64,000 nt of DNA from Gemmatimonadota bacterium (GTDB lineage: Bacteria; Gemmatimonadota; Gemmatimonadetes; Gemmatimonadales; Gemmatimonadaceae), in NCBI GenBank assembly GCA_016704465.1, contig JADJAD010000006.1, positions 380,021-444,020 on the forward strand, given 5' to 3'. Under the pieces are notes generated by a model, which was not told the origin of the DNA, did not search any database, and saw nothing but the letters and a program-made list of their open reading frames with translations. Positions 61,990-64,000 of this stretch are shown piece by piece. Position 1 is the stretch's first letter; every line of letters starts with the position of its first letter. The translations under genes and the position numbers were made by a program.

Positions 61990-63935
61990 TTAGCGCCCTC
62001 CCGCCGCGCCGTCGGCGCGCGTGACACCGGATCCCATCCCCTTGAGGTGCTGGTCGAAGTAGGCGACGATGTCCTGGTACATCTGCATCGTGTTCTCGCG
62101 CCGGCGCACGTAGTAATTCTCGTTGGGGTAGGTCTTGAGCACGAACGGCTTGTAGTTCATCTCCAGCCGGTCGGCGAAGATGCGCAGGCTTCCGAGCGCG
62201 GGAGCGCGGCGCCCACGCCGTGCAGCAGCATCAGCGGCGTCTGGATGTCGGTGATGTTGAAGATCGGCGACGACGCCTTGTACTTCGCCTCGTTGGTGGC
62301 CAGCGGGCCGAACTCGTACTCGAGGAGCTTGAGGTGGCGCAGCTCCTGCTCCTGGATCATGTGGATCCAGTCGCCGTAGCCCGAGACCGAGACGCCAGCC
62401 TGGAAGACGCCCGGCGCAAAGGCCGCGGCGGCCAGCGTCATGCAGCCGCCGTAGCTGGTGCCGGTGATCCCCATGTGCTGGCCGTCGACGTACGGCAGCG
62501 TGCGCAGGTACTCCACCCCCGCCGTCACGTCCACGAGGTCACAGCGCCCCCAGCACCCATTGTTCGCGTCCTCGAACACTTTCCCGTATCCGGAGCTCCC
62601 CCTGATGTTAGGCAGCAGGACCGCGTAGCCGCGCATGGCGAGGTACTGCACCTCGGACTGGTACGTGTCGTTGAACGACGAGGTCGGACCGCCGTGGATA
62701 TACAGGATGCCCGGGGCCTTCTTCCCGGCTGGCAGCACCGGCTCGTACAGGTAGGCACTGACGGTGAAGCCGTCGGGGGTCTTGTAGCTGATCTTCTTCG
62801 GCCGGATGAGCGCATTGCTGATGTAGGTCGGACCGGCCGACTGCGTGAGGCGGCGGGGACTTCCGCCGGCGGCCGGCACCACGTACAGGTCGGCCGGATC
62901 GACCGGTGTCTGCATGGTGTAGGCGATGCGCGTGCCGTCGGGGGACCACTGCGCGTTGGAGACCATCCCCACGGCTCCGGGCGACGCGACGACCCGCGGC
63001 GCGCCTCCGGTCACACCAACGACCCGCACGTCCTGCATCCCGTTCCACAGCGCCGCGTACAGGATCGATTTTCCGTCTGGCGACCAGCTGGCGTCGCTCT
63101 GGTTCGCGGCCTCGGCCGCCACCTGGCGGGGCGTGCCGCCCCCCATGGGGACGGTCCAGTAGTTGACCCAGCCGCTGCGATGTGACCGGAAGAGCAGCGT
63201 GGAGCCATCGGGCGAAACGCGCGGATAGCCGAAGTTTCCGCCGGCCTGGTAGTCGAAGAAGTCGGTGTCGCTGACGATCACCCGCGGCGTGCCGCGCCCG
63301 CCGGCGTCGAGCTCCAGCACGTCATGGTCGAGCCACTTCTCGTCCATGCGCGCGTAGACGACCTTGGCACCGTCGGGCGTCCACGTCGGGAAGACTTCGT
63401 AGCGCTGGTCGGTCGTCAGTCGCTCGGCCGCACCGCTGGCCACATCGGCGATCCAGACGTCATAGCTCCCGTACTTGTCGCCGGCGAGCGCGAGCCGACG
63501 CCCGTCGGGCGACCAGGAGTACGAGTTGATGCGCCCCCCGAGCCGAGTGACCTGGCGCTCGCGCCCGTCCACCAGCGACCTGACGAACAGCTCGGCGGAT
63601 GCGCCGGCTGCAGAGATGTAGGCCAGGTGCGTGCCGTCGGGCGAATACTGCGGCTGGTGGGCCTGCAGGAAGGCGATCTCGCCCATGCGGATGTTGAGCG
63701 ACTCGGGGAAGCCGCCATCGGCGGGGATCGTCCACAGGTCGGAACCGCCGAGGGATCCTCCGATGAGGAGTTTGCGGCCGTCGGGCGCCCACTGCACCAC
63801 CCCCCCGACGACCGACCGGATCGACGTGACTTCCTCGGCGCTCAGGACCTGACGAGCACCCGACGGCTGGGCGTTTGACGATGCGGCAGCCGCCGGCAGA
63901 AGGGCGACGACGAGCAGGTGACGCGTGAGGCGCAT
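61990..63935 (-). CDS. S9-family serine peptidase with N-terminal TolB-like propeller; frame broken once near 62185-62215
   Basis: Track ORF 62157-63935. The signal is MRLTRHLLVVALLPAAAA. There are multiple WSPDG blades. The nucleophile is GITGTSYGG. After ...TPLMLLHG the family C-terminus continues in another frame (LRIFADRLEMNYKPFVLKTYPNE...VAYFDQHLKG) to TAA 61990-61992. Confidence 0.7.
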
Positions 63936-64000
63936 GGCACTTCTCCGGATGAATGGTTCGGCGGCCTGCGGGCAGCCACAGGAGCCAACTTATCGACGGG

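Overview
High-GC (by eye about 65-68%) chromosomal segment from a Gram-negative bacterium. The gene content (SusC/SusD-like pair, BNR and FG-GAP exoproteins, many secreted peptidases and amidohydrolases) suggests Gemmatimonadota or a related lineage, but that is inference only. Most of the window is ordinary core genome: S9 peptidases, amidohydrolases, two peptidyl-prolyl isomerases, a SusC/SusD pair, OmpA-like and beta-lactamase-fold proteins, MscS, a tandem Usp pair and GlsB. A beta-glucan utilisation set is split into two operons: a GH-A hydrolase plus two GH3 genes on the + strand, and a glycan-binding protein, ROK regulator, GH16 and GPH symporter on the - strand. Both operons carry the same TT-N9-AA palindromic operator next to a TTGACA box. 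The most unusual part is a lower-GC island at about 32.9-41.5 kb. It holds an IS91-family element with its own tyrosine recombinase, followed by five co-oriented unrelated ORFs. Each ORF is followed by an imperfect palindrome bounded by RYYYAAC ... GTTRRRY, which is the architecture of integron gene cassettes and attC sites. No IntI integrase is visible, so it looks like a CALIN (a cluster of attC sites lacking an integrase). One site is split by an IS3-family element. Other notable observations follow. (1) A redoxin gene has an in-frame TGA exactly at the first Cys of the WCPYC motif, with a downstream hairpin, so it is a selenocysteine candidate. (2) The 8-mer CGTTAGGC is strongly over-represented across core genes, often as the otherwise rare TTA codon. 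(3) (CCCCGTC)n heptad tracts lie next to promoters. (4) Usp-gene debris is dispersed at three loci. (5) There is a patch of decayed toxin-antitoxin and small-gene remnants. (6) Four conserved genes are each broken by a single-base frameshift, which points to draft-quality sequence or pseudogenisation. I recognised no rRNA, tRNA or CRISPR array. All family calls rest on motif recognition by eye, without database searches.
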